Shown here: in pieces, positions 31,212-41,942 of the stretch
Position numbering within the stretch: the first letter of the stretch is position 1
Layout: each line of letters starts with the position of its first letter
Assembly: GCA_963765495.1 (NCBI GenBank)
Contig: CAVXWP010000009.1
Location: 800,001-864,000, forward strand
Length of the DNA: 64,000 bases
Direction: 5' to 3'
DNA from: Blastocatellia bacterium
GTDB taxonomy: Bacteria; Acidobacteriota; Blastocatellia; UBA7656
Made by a program: the position numbers and the translations under genes
The notes under the pieces: generated by a model
The model's input: only the letters and a program-made list of their open reading frames with translations
What the model was told of the DNA's origin: nothing
Database searches by the model: none

Positions 31212-32297
31212 ATGAAATTCTATAGAATCAACCTGGCAGCACTGGCCATTCTCTTCGTGTTCTCGACCGCCTTCGGACAATCGCGCAAGCCAATCTCGCC
31301 CGAAGAGCAGAGCCAATACCTTGTCTCGATCAAGGCCGGCGCTATCAATTTTGCCGAAGGCGATGTCTCTTTCAAACGCGACGAAACCGGCTGGGGCACT
31401 CTGATTATGGGCGATGATCTGCGCGACGGCGATGTGGTGAAGACCGGCGCGGACGGCCACGTAGAGATATTGCTCAATCCCGGTTCTTATCTGAGGTTGA
31501 GCGAAAACACCGAACTCGTCTTCACAGACACGGCCCTTGACGCCCTGAACCTTAAACTCGTCAGGGGCGCGGCCATCGTAGAGGCATCCGTGGTCGAAGA
31601 ACCTATAGCGGTTGTGACCTCCGGCGCGGAATATTCCATACAGGAAAAAGGGCTTTATCGGATCAATGTGAATCAGGACGGAAGCTCCGAAATCTTTGTT
31701 CGCAATGGCAAGGTTATGGTGGCGGGCACAAAGGTCAAAAAAGGCAAGAAGGCTTTGATCGCCGGTTCCACGCCGGTCGTTACAAAGTTTGATAAGAAGG
31801 AAGAGACCACTTTTGACCTCTGGAGCAAGGACCGCGCCAGGACTCTGATAGCGGCAAACAAGCAGTTGTCGAATCGAAGGCTGAAATCGACTCTCGCAAA
31901 CTCCAATGTCTTAGGCATGTGGCTGTACGATCCAGTGATGGGTTTTTGCACATTCCTGCCCGGGTATGGTGGTTTTTCTTCACCATACGGATGGGGTTAT
32001 TCCAGATATAATCCTTACTGGTACAACTACGGCTGGGGATACAGCGGCGGATATTATAACGGCGGAAGCTCAAGCGGCGGACAAAATACTGGAACGGGCG
32101 GCGGAACCGCAAGCAATCCCGGAACCGGAACGGGCGGCGGACACAAAGGCGGACACAAAGGCGGCGGCGCGGCTGGCCCTCCGCGTCTGCCAAACCCCGG
32201 AAGAGGCAGAGATTTCGGCGGCGCTCCAAGCATTCCAAGAACCGAGATGCCTGCGCCAAGCTCGGGCGGCGGGAAAGGCCACAGACACGGTAACTGA
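31212..32297 (+). CDS. Exported FecR-domain protein with Tyr/Gly-rich low-complexity tail
   Basis: Signal peptide; GDVVKTG..EILLNPGSYLRLSENT..LVRG. Start at ATG 31212 after the SD GAGGAGG. Confidence 0.75.
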   Translation: MKFYRINLAALAILFVFSTAFGQSRKPISPEEQSQYLVSIKAGAINFAEGDVSFKRDETGWGTLIMGDDLRDGDVVKTGADGHVEILLNPGSYLRLSENTELVFTDTALDALNLKLVRGAAIVEASVVEEPIAVVTSGAEYSIQEKGLYRINVNQDGSSEIFVRNGKVMVAGTKVKKGKKALIAGSTPVVTKFDKKEETTFDLWSKDRARTLIAANKQLSNRRLKSTLANSNVLGMWLYDPVMGFCTFLPGYGGFSSPYGWGYSRYNPYWYNYGWGYSGGYYNGGSSSGGQNTGTGGGTASNPGTGTGGGHKGGHKGGGAAGPPRLPNPGRGRDFGGAPSIPRTEMPAPSSGGGKGHRHGN

Positions 32298-32338
32298 GGC
32301 CGGTTGATACGGGATCGAATACAAGTTCGAATAAGATT

Positions 32339-32370
32339 AGGCGCTCTTCAAGGGGCGCCTTTCTTTTTTT
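32339..32370 (+). terminator. Intrinsic terminator
   Basis: aggcgctc-ttcaa-ggggcgcct followed by ttcttttttt. Confidence 0.75.
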
Positions 32371-32393
32371 CTGTCCGGCTCACCTGCTTTTAA

Positions 32394-33718
32394 CCATCCG
32401 TAGCGAGAAGTCCCCTGCTCTTTAGGCGGGGGATGAATCGCGGCGGTACTAACTGAGATTTGGTACTGCTATGAACGTGTTTCGTGCTATAATGATGACG
32501 GCTCAAATCAGCACTTGCGATGCCAATCTGAGCCTCACCGATGCCGACTATAGGAGAGTCAACATGGCTGATGGAATCATAACACAAAGAGCCTACCGCT
32601 ACAGAATCTATCCCTCTCACGCTCAAATCACACGACTTGAACAGACGCTTTCCTACTGTGCGGAGTTGTATAATGCGGGCCTTCAAGAAAGAAGAGACGC
32701 TTACCGGATAGCTCGAAAGTGTATCTCTTACAAAGAGCAGCAAAACCAGCTTCCAGAAATCAAAGCTGTTCGACCTGAGTGGAACACGGTGCATTCTCAG
32801 GTATTGCAGGATGTTCTCAAGCGACTTGATAAGGCTTTCGATGCGTTCTTTCGCAGAGTCAGAAGCAAGCAAGGCAAAGCCGGATTTCCGAGATTCCGCG
32901 CCCGCTCTCGCTATAATAGCTTCACCTATCCTCAGTCTGGATTTGCAATAGAGAATGGCAAGCTTAGACTTTCTAAAATCGGCCGCATCAAAATCAAACT
33001 CCATCGCCCGATTGAGGGTGCTATCAAAGGATTGACTATCACGCGCAGTTCCACGGGCAAATGGTTTGCCTGCTTCACAGTAGAACAGGTAATCAATCCA
33101 GAGCCGCATAAGGGCAAGGCTGTAGGCGTGGATGTAGGTATAAAGACCTACTGCACATTGTCTGACGGAACTGAGATTGATAACCCGAAGTTCTTTAGAG
33201 TGGAGGAAAAGAACCTTGCCAAAGCACAGCGCAAACTCTCTACCTTCAATAAAGGTTCTGATGAGTATCGGAAGCAGCGCAAGGTAGTAGCTCGCATTCA
33301 TGAGCGAATCACAAATAAGCGAAAAGACTTCGCGCATCAACTCTCTCATTACTTCGCTATTACTTATGCACTGATAATCTTTGAGAAGTTGAATATCAGA
33401 GGCATGGTGAAAAACCATTGCCTCGCCAAATCCATTCAGGATGCCAGTTGGAATCAGACTATTCAGTATACGACCTACAAGGCAGCATGGGCCGGGGGTA
33501 TGTCGCTGAGAGTCAATCCAGCAGGCACAAGTAATACGACTCACTGCTGCAAGGCGAAGGTTGATATTACGTTGGCAGATCGTGTAATCCATTGTCCTCA
33601 GTGTCATCGAACTATAGGCAGAGATGAAAATGCATCTCTGAATATTTTGAGTCTGGGATTACAGACTCTTGGCCTTAGCGCCATAGAAGCCGCTTCCTTT
33701 GGGTAGCGGAATAGTCAC
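32394..33718 (+). mobile_element. Non-autonomous IS200/IS605-family element (tnpB only)
   Basis: Left-end hairpin tcccctgc-tcttta-ggcggggga after TTTAA; right end gaagccgct-tcctttgggt-agcgg..AGTCAC; no tnpA. Boundaries are inferred. Confidence 0.75.
32564..33706 (+). CDS. tnpB: RNA-guided endonuclease TnpB
   Basis: AYRYRIYP..LYN; FPRFR; RuvC motifs GVDVG, IFEKL and RDENAS; zinc-finger region HCC..CPQC. Confidence 0.93.
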   Translation: MADGIITQRAYRYRIYPSHAQITRLEQTLSYCAELYNAGLQERRDAYRIARKCISYKEQQNQLPEIKAVRPEWNTVHSQVLQDVLKRLDKAFDAFFRRVRSKQGKAGFPRFRARSRYNSFTYPQSGFAIENGKLRLSKIGRIKIKLHRPIEGAIKGLTITRSSTGKWFACFTVEQVINPEPHKGKAVGVDVGIKTYCTLSDGTEIDNPKFFRVEEKNLAKAQRKLSTFNKGSDEYRKQRKVVARIHERITNKRKDFAHQLSHYFAITYALIIFEKLNIRGMVKNHCLAKSIQDASWNQTIQYTTYKAAWAGGMSLRVNPAGTSNTTHCCKAKVDITLADRVIHCPQCHRTIGRDENASLNILSLGLQTLGLSAIEAASFG

Positions 33719-33782
33719 TCAACCGCAAATAGGGATAAAATTGGCCTCGGAATGGAAACCGGAAGGCGGGTCCGGAACCTTT

Positions 33783-34259
33783 ATGGCCTACATCGTAGAC
33801 GGCAACAACGTAATGGGTCAAACGCCGGGCTGGCATCGCGACAAATCCGGGGCGCGCCGAGGGCTGCTTGAGCAACTGGCCGCTTTCGCGCATGTCAAAA
33901 AGGCTCGCGTAACGGCCGTATTTGACGGCGCTCCTGACGAGGGCGTGCCGGAGGGGTCTGCCTATCACGGCGTCAAAGTGCTTTACGCTAAGAGGGGATC
34001 GGATGCCGACACTCGAATCGAACAACTCGTAGAGTCGGCCCGTGATCGGCGCGGGCTGATCGTCGTCACATCGGATCGACGGCTTGCGCACGCGATTCGC
34101 TCGCTCGGCGCATCCGTCCTGCGGTCGGGAGAGTTCAGGAATTTGATCGAAGAGGTGATTGCCGGTCGCCCGCTCGCCGAAGACGGAGAGCAGTTCGATC
34201 TCGGAGATATGAATGAGTGGCTCAGATATTTCGGCGCTTCGCCCGAAGACGATGTGTGA
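33783..34259 (+). CDS. NYN domain (YacP-like) protein
   Basis: Motifs YIVDGNNV, VFDG, DADTRI, VVTSDR. Confidence 0.85.
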   Translation: MAYIVDGNNVMGQTPGWHRDKSGARRGLLEQLAAFAHVKKARVTAVFDGAPDEGVPEGSAYHGVKVLYAKRGSDADTRIEQLVESARDRRGLIVVTSDRRLAHAIRSLGASVLRSGEFRNLIEEVIAGRPLAEDGEQFDLGDMNEWLRYFGASPEDDV

Positions 34260-34368
34260 TGGGTGATATGTGATACGTGATACGTGATTCGTTGTCTTGA
34301 TTGCCATCTCCGGTCACGCATCACGAATCACGTATCACTTACCCTGTATCACGAAGGAGGTAATAGGC

Positions 34369-36030
34369 ATGGCTTACGAACGGCCTCGAGCTTACCGCGA
34401 TGTAAGGGTAGGCGAATTGCTCACGCTGCTTGCGCGAGACTACCCGCAGAACGAGGCGCTGATTTATCCCGACCGCGAGCTTAGATACGATTTCAGTCAG
34501 CTTGAATGGTTCGCCCGCCAGATAGCCAGAGGGCTGTTGAGCATCGGTGTAGAGCGGGGCGACCGCGTGGCCCTGTGGGCGCATAACATCCCGGAATGGG
34601 TCGTCTTGCAATTCGCCCTCGCAAAGATCGGAGCCATACTCGTTACCGTAAATACCAGCCTCCGCGCTGCGGAAATCGAATACCTGCTCAGGCAATCGGA
34701 GACCAGCACGCTCATCACCGTGGCGGGCTTTCGCGATCTTGATTATGTAAAGACCATCTACGAGATCATCCCCGAATTGCGCGGGGCGAAAGAGGGCGCG
34801 CTCCATTCAATGAAGTTCCCCTATCTTCGCAACATAATTTATATCGGCGATGAGCATCCGGGTGGGATGCTCCGTTACGACTCTTTGCTCGACCGTTCGG
34901 GGCGGGTGAGCGATGATCAGCTAAACGCCCACTCGGATATGCAGGACCTCGACGACGTGATAAACATGCAGTACACCTCGGGCACAACGGGCTTTCCAAA
35001 AGGGGTTATGCTGACGCATCGCAACATAGTAAACAACGGCTACTGGCTGGCCGAAGGGCTTGCGCTCACTTCAAGCGACAGGTTGTGCGTGCCCGTGCCT
35101 TTCTTTCATTGCTTCGGCTGTGTGATCGGAGTGCTGGGTGCTTACACTCACGCGGCTGCGATGATTCCGCTTGAATACTTCGACCCGTTGCGAGTGCTTC
35201 AATACGTGGAACGCGAAAGATGTACAGCCCTTTACGGGGTGCCGACCATGTTCATAGCCGAGCTTGAACAACTCGATTATCACTGTTTCGATATGTCGAG
35301 TTTGAGGACGGGCATAATGGCGGGCTCGCTGTGTCCCGAATCGCTCATGCGAAAAGTGATGGAAAAGATGAACCTGACCGAGATGACCATCGCCTATGGA
35401 TTGACCGAAGCCTCGCCCGGAATAACGCACACGCCGCGAGATGACAGCATCGAGTTGCGTACGCAGACCGTAGGCCGCGTGATGCCCGAAATGGAAGTCA
35501 AAATCATCGACCCGGCCACGGGCGAAGAATGCCTGCCCGGCAAATCCGGTGAGTTGTGCTGTCGCGGTTACAACGTGATGAAGGGGTATTACAACAACAA
35601 ACAGGCCACAAGTGAGGCGATTGATGAAGAAGGATGGCTGCACACGGGCGATCAGGCCAGTATGGATGAGCGGGGGTATGTCAGGATCACCGGGCGTATA
35701 AAAGACCTGATAATTCGCGGCGGCGAAAACATCGCGCCAAAAGAGATTGAAGACCTGTTGCGCACGCATCCGAAGATCGCCGATGCCTATGTTTATGGTG
35801 TGCCCGATGAACGCTACGGCGAAGAGGTCGCCGTGGCTGTCCGCCTAAAGCCCGGCGAGACGGCAACCCCGGATGAAATCCGCGCATATTGCGAAGGCCG
35901 CATAGCCAAATTCAAATATCCGCGCCACATCCGTTTCGTCGAATCATTCCCCATGACGGCTTCTGGCAAGGTGCAGAAGTTCAAGCTGAGAGAAATGCAT
36001 GCTCGGGGGCCGGGGGCCGGGGACCAGTAG
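34369..36030 (+). CDS. Acyl-CoA synthetase (AMP-binding)
   Basis: Motifs [46 protein letters not shown]. Confidence 0.93.
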   Translation: MAYERPRAYRDVRVGELLTLLARDYPQNEALIYPDRELRYDFSQLEWFARQIARGLLSIGVERGDRVALWAHNIPEWVVLQFALAKIGAILVTVNTSLRAAEIEYLLRQSETSTLITVAGFRDLDYVKTIYEIIPELRGAKEGALHSMKFPYLRNIIYIGDEHPGGMLRYDSLLDRSGRVSDDQLNAHSDMQDLDDVINMQYTSGTTGFPKGVMLTHRNIVNNGYWLAEGLALTSSDRLCVPVPFFHCFGCVIGVLGAYTHAAAMIPLEYFDPLRVLQYVERERCTALYGVPTMFIAELEQLDYHCFDMSSLRTGIMAGSLCPESLMRKVMEKMNLTEMTIAYGLTEASPGITHTPRDDSIELRTQTVGRVMPEMEVKIIDPATGEECLPGKSGELCCRGYNVMKGYYNNKQATSEAIDEEGWLHTGDQASMDERGYVRITGRIKDLIIRGGENIAPKEIEDLLRTHPKIADAYVYGVPDERYGEEVAVAVRLKPGETATPDEIRAYCEGRIAKFKYPRHIRFVESFPMTASGKVQKFKLREMHARGPGAGDQ

Positions 36031-36187
36031 GTGGGGGCCGGGAAGCATAAGATTACTTTTCGCTTGCTAACTCCAATAGCAAATCAGCAAGCGACATTAT
36101 AAAGTACGCTTAGCCTTGATTGGTAAACCGGCCCCTGATCCCCGGCCCCCGGCCCCTACCTTATGGCCCCTGACCCCCGGCCCCCAG
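36003..36187. repeat. GGGGCCG heptamer inverted-repeat element between convergent genes
   Basis: gggggccgggggccgggg..ccccggcccccggcccc; the same family occurs inside the gene at 56977-57143. Confidence 0.65.
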
Positions 36188-36188
36188 T

Positions 36189-37727
36189 TCAGTGCTTGAT
36201 CTTTTCCCAGTATGTCTGCAAATCGAAAGCGGGACTGGTCTCCGGCGTGTGGCACGCCGCACACGTGGATTTCATGTCGCTTATGTGGCCGTACCCTTTG
36301 GCAGGTTTTGCTATGTGCTCGCCTGCCGGGCCGTGGCACGCCTCGCATTGTACGTGTTGAAGTTGAGGCAGATTGTTCTCGCTTATCAAAGTTCCTTTTT
36401 GCAGCCCGCTCGCGTGACAGTTCAGGCAACTCGGTTCAAACTCCGCAGGCTTGAAGACGACAGGCCCCGTCGCCCGCGCGTGCAAAGTGTTTGCCCACTT
36501 TACATATTCCTGGGTGTGACACTGAGAACACGCCGAGGCTGAGGCATAGACATCTCCGTGCTCTGCGCTTTGGGGCGAATCCGCGGAATGTCTGCTTCGC
36601 TGCATTCTGGTGCTCGCCTGCCAGTCGAGCAATATCTTTTTTGATGTCTTTCTGAAATTGATTTCCGCCTCATTAGCCTGATTGATAGGCCCGACCGCGC
36701 CCGGCGCATCGGGTACCAGATCGTCGAGCACGATCTGACGGTCTTTGATTGAAAATCTGCCCCGCTCGTCTCGGTAAAATCTAAGCTCGCCGAGCGCCCT
36801 GGTTTCATAAGGCGTAAAGGCTACGAGGGTCTGCCCCGCGTCATAGGAACGAGTGATTATATCGCCGTTGCCCGCTATGATGACATCGATGTCGGGGACC
36901 TGCCGGGCTATGTTGAGCGCCTCGGTCGTCGAGACGTGCGCGAGCGCCACAAGGAAATCAGATTTCTGTTTTGCCTCTGCTACAGACTTGCGGGCGGCTT
37001 CTACGGGGTCGATGATCTTGAGACCGCGCGGCGGTGCGGGCTGCGCGCCTGTAAGACCCAGAAAGGCCACCCGCAGAGGTTTCGTCAAAGATGATTCCTG
37101 GCTCTGGCGGACGGGGATTTCTCGAACGACGAACGGCTGAAGAAGGGCGCGGTCACCCGAATCGCTTGCGATGTTGGCCGACACGAGGCGGTTGAATATC
37201 GAATAAGTGTCGCTTGGATGAGCGGCATCTGTTTGTTTGAGCGCATCGGCTATATAGGCCAGGTCTTTCGCCGCTATGTTTACGGCGTCGAACCCGACCT
37301 GTTCATAGGCCTTGAGTATCATCTCGTTCATCACGGCAGCATCGGCCCGGAGATAGCCGTGAGTGTTGCGTCTGTCGGAGAGGAAGTTGCCGGTATCAAC
37401 GACGAGCGCCGGTATCTTATCGAATTTTTCTCGGAATACCTTAGTATAGCCGACACGCCGTGCCAGCCCCCCTACGCGGGGCCCCTTTCAACCACAGGTT
37501 CCGAGTTCGCCGTGAGTATCGCCTCCGAAATGAATGACGAAGGCGGCCCCGTCGTCCGCCCCGAGCCTTTCGGCAAGCGGCACACCCGTGGCGACGAGTT
37601 CGGTCTTACGCTCGGCAGGTTCCTGCGAGGCGCTTGTCTGCTGGAAGGGCAGGTAAGAGCATAAAAAGGCAGCGATCAGCGTGATAGCCGATAACTTGAT
37701 GCGTTTGATTAGAGTTTTATGATGCAT
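36189..37727 (-). CDS. Probable selenoprotein: UshA-like (5'-nucleotidase-like) domain with CxU motif fused to tetraheme cytochrome c
   Basis: ORFs 37488-37814 and 36189-37334 share a frame and are separated only by TGA at 37488-37490 (DTHGELGTCG-U-KGPRVGGLARR..VVDTGN). Signal peptide; four CxxCH motifs (CSQCH, CLNCH, CEACH, CAACH). Confidence 0.82.
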
Positions 37728-37967
37728 TGAGTTCAACCCGTTCGGTAAAAATCCTTTTGTTACGGTGAAAAAAGTCGAGTAAAAGACTCTAATTGATCCG
37801 GCATCGCTCCGCAAGCATTCGCGCCCGTCCCGGCCTGTTCCAATTTCTCTTGCTTACATTTTGGGAAACAGAACTATCCTGAGATGCTCTCAGTTTGTTT
37901 GCAACAACCCTGGAATTTGTATTGATCGGTTTGTTCTTTTGTAGTACGCTCCCGACAGATTTGGTGA

Positions 37968-38009
37968 AAGCCCCCGCTCGGCCCATTGGCCGGGTGGGGT
38001 TTTCTTTTT
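37968..38009 (+). terminator. Terminator-like hairpin immediately upstream of pilT
   Basis: agcccccgctcggcc-catt-ggccgggtggggtt followed by ttcttttt. Confidence 0.5.
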
Positions 38010-38019
38010 GGGGGAACGC

Positions 38020-39054
38020 ATGAATCAGGAAATTCTAAATCAGTTCCTTGCTGTGGCCGTCAAGAATCGCGCCTCAGATGTGCACCTCCAGGTAGGCGAA
38101 CATCCACTGCTGCGCATAAACGGTCTTTTGACCCAGGTAAAGTACCACCCGCTCACGTCCGATGATATGCGTTCCATAGTCTCTGCGCTCGCCGGGCGTG
38201 AGAGATTCGAAAGCGACTTTCACAGAAGGAATGAATTCGACACCTCCTACGAAATCGCGGAAATCGGACGCTTTCGCGCAAATATCTTCAGACAGCGAGG
38301 CCATTACGGCGCGGTGCTGCGCGTAGTCCCGCTCGAAATAAAGACTTGTGAAGAACTCCACCTGCCGCGCGTCTATGAAAAGATCGCGCACCTCAGTCGC
38401 GGGCTTGTGCTGGTTTCGGGCGCTACCGGGAACGGCAAATCCACCAGCGTAGCCGCCATCGTCGAACACATAAATCGCTCGCGAAAGGCTCACATCGTGA
38501 CCATCGAAGAGCCTATAGAATTTCTCTTCAAGAATAAGAAATCTGTCATCTCGCAAAGAGAAATAGGCACAGACACCGACAGCTTTGCAGACGCGCTGCG
38601 CTCGGCAATGCGCCAGGACCCGGATGTGATCTATGTAGGCGAAATCCGCGACCGGGAAACCATCGACATCGCGCTCAAGGCCGCTGAAATAGGGCATCTC
38701 GTGATCTCTACGATTCACACGCCCGACGCGCAACGGACCATAGGGCGTTTGATCAGTTTCTTTCCCGCCGAAGAGCATATGGCCGTGCGCGAGCGGCTGG
38801 CTCAAAACCTGATGGCCATTACAAGCCTGCGGTTGCTGGCAAGCTGCAACGGCAGCGGGCGACTCCCCGCCGTAGAAGTCATGCTTGTCACGCGCAGCAT
38901 CGAAGAGTGTATTCGCAACCCTGAAAAGACCGGAGAGATTCAGCAGTATATTCAGAAAGGAACCGAGCTTGGCATGCAGAGCTTTGATCAACATCTGGTC
39001 GAGTTGTTGCAGCAAGGCAAGATTTCTATAGATACGGCTAAACTCGCCGGGTAG
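38020..39054 (+). CDS. pilT: Type IV pilus retraction ATPase, PilT/PilU family
   Basis: Motifs ASDVHL, RFRANIF, GATGNGKST, TIEEPIE, RQDPDVI..GEIRD, GHLVISTIH, GMQSFDQ. Confidence 0.9.
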   Translation: MNQEILNQFLAVAVKNRASDVHLQVGEHPLLRINGLLTQVKYHPLTSDDMRSIVSALAGRERFESDFHRRNEFDTSYEIAEIGRFRANIFRQRGHYGAVLRVVPLEIKTCEELHLPRVYEKIAHLSRGLVLVSGATGNGKSTSVAAIVEHINRSRKAHIVTIEEPIEFLFKNKKSVISQREIGTDTDSFADALRSAMRQDPDVIYVGEIRDRETIDIALKAAEIGHLVISTIHTPDAQRTIGRLISFFPAEEHMAVRERLAQNLMAITSLRLLASCNGSGRLPAVEVMLVTRSIEECIRNPEKTGEIQQYIQKGTELGMQSFDQHLVELLQQGKISIDTAKLAG

Positions 39055-39111
39055 TGCTAAGAAAGTAATGCTGGTGAAGACTAGCTCAAGGAACACTTTC
39101 CATCCAACCTG

Positions 39112-39196
39112 GCCTAACTCGTCATTCCAGCGGACGCGCATGCCAACCGCTCGCGTTCCATCAGCTACCGGCGCGCCGCTGAACTCGTCGTTAGGC
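39112..39196 (+). other. Integron attC site 1
   Basis: R'' GCCTAAC and R' GTTAGGC; inner arms ttCcagcggAcgcg / cgcgccgctgaa with two unpaired bases; 85 bp. Confidence 0.85.
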
Positions 39197-39253
39197 TTCC
39201 CTTGCCAAAGCAGGCACCAGACATTCAATTTCAAATAGGCTATTATACTAACG

Positions 39254-39727
39254 ATGGGAAAGACGGCTATCTATATCGAAACGAGTGTTGTCAGCTACCT
39301 TGTGGCAAGGCCAAGCCGCGACCTTATTGTTGCGGCACACCAACAAATTACCTCTGACTGGTGGCATAGCCATAGCCATCAATATGATCTTTTTATTTCA
39401 CAAATCGTCCTTGATGAATCAAGAGCAGGCGATAAAGAGATGTCGAACAAGAGACTTGCTGCTATACAAGACTTGTCGCTTCTGGATATTAATGAAGATG
39501 TTATTCAACTCGCTGAACATCTTGTGAATTCTAATGCTGTTCCTCAGAAAGCAGCACAGGATGCTCTACACATTTCTACAGCATGTGTAAGTGGCATGGA
39601 TTATCTTCTCACCTGGAATTGCAAACACATCGCAAATGCAAAAATGCGAAATCAAATTGAAAAAGTGTGCCGAGAAGCGGGTTACTTGCCGCCAATCATA
39701 TGCACTCCTGAGGAACTGGAGGGTTAA
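39254..39727 (+). CDS. PIN-domain (VapC-like) toxin, cassette gene
   Basis: Motifs IYIETSVVSYL, VLDES, DALHIS, DYLLTWNCKHIAN. Confidence 0.85.
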   Translation: MGKTAIYIETSVVSYLVARPSRDLIVAAHQQITSDWWHSHSHQYDLFISQIVLDESRAGDKEMSNKRLAAIQDLSLLDINEDVIQLAEHLVNSNAVPQKAAQDALHISTACVSGMDYLLTWNCKHIANAKMRNQIEKVCREAGYLPPIICTPEELEG

Positions 39728-39729
39728 GT

Positions 39730-39921
39730 ATGTGGAATGACCCCATAGTAGAAGAAACCCGTAGAGTACGAGAAGTCTTAGCATCAAAGTTTGACTATGA
39801 TGTTAGACTACTGGGCCAATACTATAGATCTCAACAGATAAACGAAGGGCGGACTATCGTACGCAGGCAACCAAAGGATCGAGCACAAAGAGTGGAAGAA
39901 AGTCCTGTGGTTATGGACCAA

Positions 39922-39927
<6 letters not shown>
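39730..39927 (+). CDS. Small protein, probable antitoxin partner of the PIN toxin
   Basis: MWNDPIVEETRRVRE.., starts 2 nt after the toxin stop; its TAA lies within R'' of attC2. Confidence 0.6.
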
Positions 39928-40833
<906 letters not shown>

Positions 40834-40834
<1 letters not shown>

Positions 40835-41839
40835 ATGATCCGAGGAATAAGAAGGACTTTGGTAAACTATTCGCATGACAATCGAACAAATCAACAATCT
40901 CAAACCTGCAAGACTCCGCGCCTTGACCCGCATGACGACAAACGCCCTTCAACAATTGTTGTCTACTACCGTGCCGGTCTTGGTTCATCTCCGTCAACAG
41001 GCCAAACTTCTTCGCCCTGATCGCAAACGCGCTCTCGGTGGCGGTAGAAAACCCAAACTCACTCCTTCTCAGGAGGTCTTGCTCGTTCTCATCTACCTGC
41101 GTCACAACCTCGCTCACGCGCGTTGTCGCAGCCTTGTTTGGTGTTAGCGCCGACACCTCCGAGAATCTCTTTCACGAGATTGTCCCCTTGCTCAGAGAAC
41201 TCTTTCCCTCCAATCGCTTTGAGGCACAGAAGAGGTTTCGAGGTCAGGAACCGAGCCTCAAAATCCAAGAGATTGACCGAATTCTCATCGACAGTTTTGA
41301 GACGCCAATACCCCGCCCCTCCAATTATGAACGTCAAAAACGGGTATATTCTGGTAAAAAGAAATGCCACACGCTCAAGAGCCAAGTAGAGAGTGATCGA
41401 AAGGGAGAAGTGCTGGGTATCAGAGGAGGGCATCGCGGGCCAGCATCGGATAAGCGAGTATATGAAGCCAGTGGAGTGGGGGAGAAATATCGAGAAGCGA
41501 GCAAGCAAGGGGATTTGGGATATCAGGGCACAGAGGGAATCGAAGTACCACACAAGAAGCCGAAAGGAGGTGAGCTAAGTGATGATGAGCGAGAGGAGAA
41601 TCGAGCGAAGGCGAGTGTGAGGGTACAGGTAGAACACGGCATAAGAAGAGTGAAAGGATTCAAGATCATGAGAGAGAAGTATCGGCTGGCAATGGGGTTG
41701 TTCCCGATGGTAGCGTCGGCAGTAGTCGGATTGGTACATCTCAACCGAATCCTTATGTAAGCAGACTGCAAAGGGTGAAGTGTGCCCATCTGACGGTGGG
41801 TCGCCCAAGCACGCTTCATTTTTTATTTATCGGATCATC
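40834..41839 (+). mobile_element. IS5-family (ISL2/DDE_Tnp_4-like) insertion sequence, ~1.0 kb
   Basis: TIRs GATGATCCGAggAATAA / TTATTtaTCGGATCATC flanked by TA on both sides. Confidence 0.8.
40875..41760 (+). pseudogene. DDE_Tnp_4-type transposase with one +1 frameshift near 41120
   Basis: HTH GGGRKPKL..LIYLRHN, then ALFGVS; IDSFE..YSGKKKCHTLK..GDLGYQG..PHKKPK..RVQVEHGIRRVKGF. Confidence 0.85.
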
Positions 41840-41942
41840 TAATGAGAGTGTCGACTTGGATGTGGCCTGGCGATTGCACATAATTTGAAGATAGATTGTT
41901 TCCTATAAGTATGGGATTACAATCAAGAGACGGCACGCGGCA

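Noticed and set aside
32390-33607. 405-aa minus-strand ORF
   Set aside because: Antisense shadow of tnpB with no recognisable motifs.
33783-34259. NYN nuclease as a functional partner of TnpB
   Set aside because: It lies outside the predicted right end of the element; adjacency is explained by the insertion site.
38074-39234. 386-aa minus-strand ORF, and similar long ORFs at 17357-18400, 29824-30813, 51017-52075 and 61357-62319
   Set aside because: Antisense shadows of well-supported genes in GC-rich coding DNA.
41100-41130. Programmed frameshift in the IS5-like transposase
   Set aside because: There is no slippery A-run at the shift; a single extra base in gcgcg is better explained by mutation or read error.
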